Of a stretch of 64,000 nucleotides of DNA, positions 63,346 through 64,000 are shown piece after piece. The notes below the pieces were generated by a model. It did no database searches, was not told the DNA's origin, and saw nothing but the letters and a program-made list of their open reading frames with translations. This DNA comes from Octopus bimaculoides (taxonomy: Eukaryota). The stretch spans positions 120,239,077 through 120,303,076 of the forward strand of contig NC_068984.1 of assembly GCF_001194135.2 (NCBI RefSeq), given 5' to 3'. How positions within the stretch are numbered: the first letter of the stretch is position 1; each line of letters begins with the position of its first letter. The translations under genes and the position numbers were made by a program.

Positions 63346-64000
63346 GTCCATGACAGACTGCTTTCATTATCAATGTTACTATCATCTTGGAGCATTCTAC
63401 TAACATATCCATGCATAGTCTTCTGCTCATACAGGCTCATCTTTTCATCTGATGATACATTGCAGTAGAGTTGTGCGACTTCTTTGGGCATGTATTCTAG
63501 GTTATCAGACAAAGAATGTATGCATGCATGCATGTATGTATGTATGTATGTATGAATGAAATGTATATGGGATTGCTCAAGTAATGTAGACACCACAGCA
63601 AGTGTCAGATATCAATAACATATAAATGTATATGTGTGTGCAAGTAGGTATGGGTATATATATTAATATGTGTATGTTTGTATATGTATATGTCAGGTCA
63701 CTTGTGTGGTGTCTCGTGAGGGCTACTGGTAACATAGAATCCAGTACAACCAGTTGCATGGCTGGGTTGTCACCAACTAAACCAGCACCTCCACCAGGTT
63801 AGAATGGAGAGAGAGAGAGGTTGCAGCACTAAAAACAAAACCTGTCGAAATGACTGATCAACCCAGTGGGTCCATAGGTTCAGCAACTATCTAGCAATAG
63901 CACGGGTACTAGGAAATTCTGTATTGGTGTCCAGCATGCTGGAAGACCACTGGGAGTGAGGCACCTCTCAGATTTTTTAAAAATCTTGTCTCTAAGAAAA

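Noticed and set aside
3309-63455. Other CTGATGA heptamers (about 3309, 18898, 20202, 39038 and 63449) as hammerhead cores
   Set aside because: None has a paired stem II followed by GAAA and an NUH site.

Overview
AT-rich, microsatellite-dense animal genomic DNA from a gapped draft assembly. The SINE, LINE and microsatellite landscape suggests an octopus-like cephalopod; this is inference. Almost all supplied ORFs are artefacts of microsatellites or N runs. (1) A manually assembled, phase-consistent 10-exon minus-strand gene runs from a CpG-rich housekeeping-type promoter at ~57.2-57.4 kb to ~34.8 kb. It encodes ~223 aa that I cannot assign to a family, and its 3' end may extend to 27.5 kb. 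(2) There are two unrelated minimal type I hammerhead ribozyme motifs: one with an intact core at 12326-12370, and one inside a 279-bp tRNA-headed element with a 13-bp target-site duplication that interrupts a Tx1/L1 LINE at 54.4-54.7 kb. (3) Decayed transposons include mariner, a maT/DD37D-like element, hAT and pogo-like MITEs, and RTE, R4/Dong and Tx1 LINEs; one RTE 3' end carries three C2H2 zinc fingers. (4) At least four SINE-like families and several local duplications are present. There is no rRNA, intact tRNA gene or CRISPR array. Repeat boundaries are approximate; exon, TSD and ribozyme coordinates were counted base by base.
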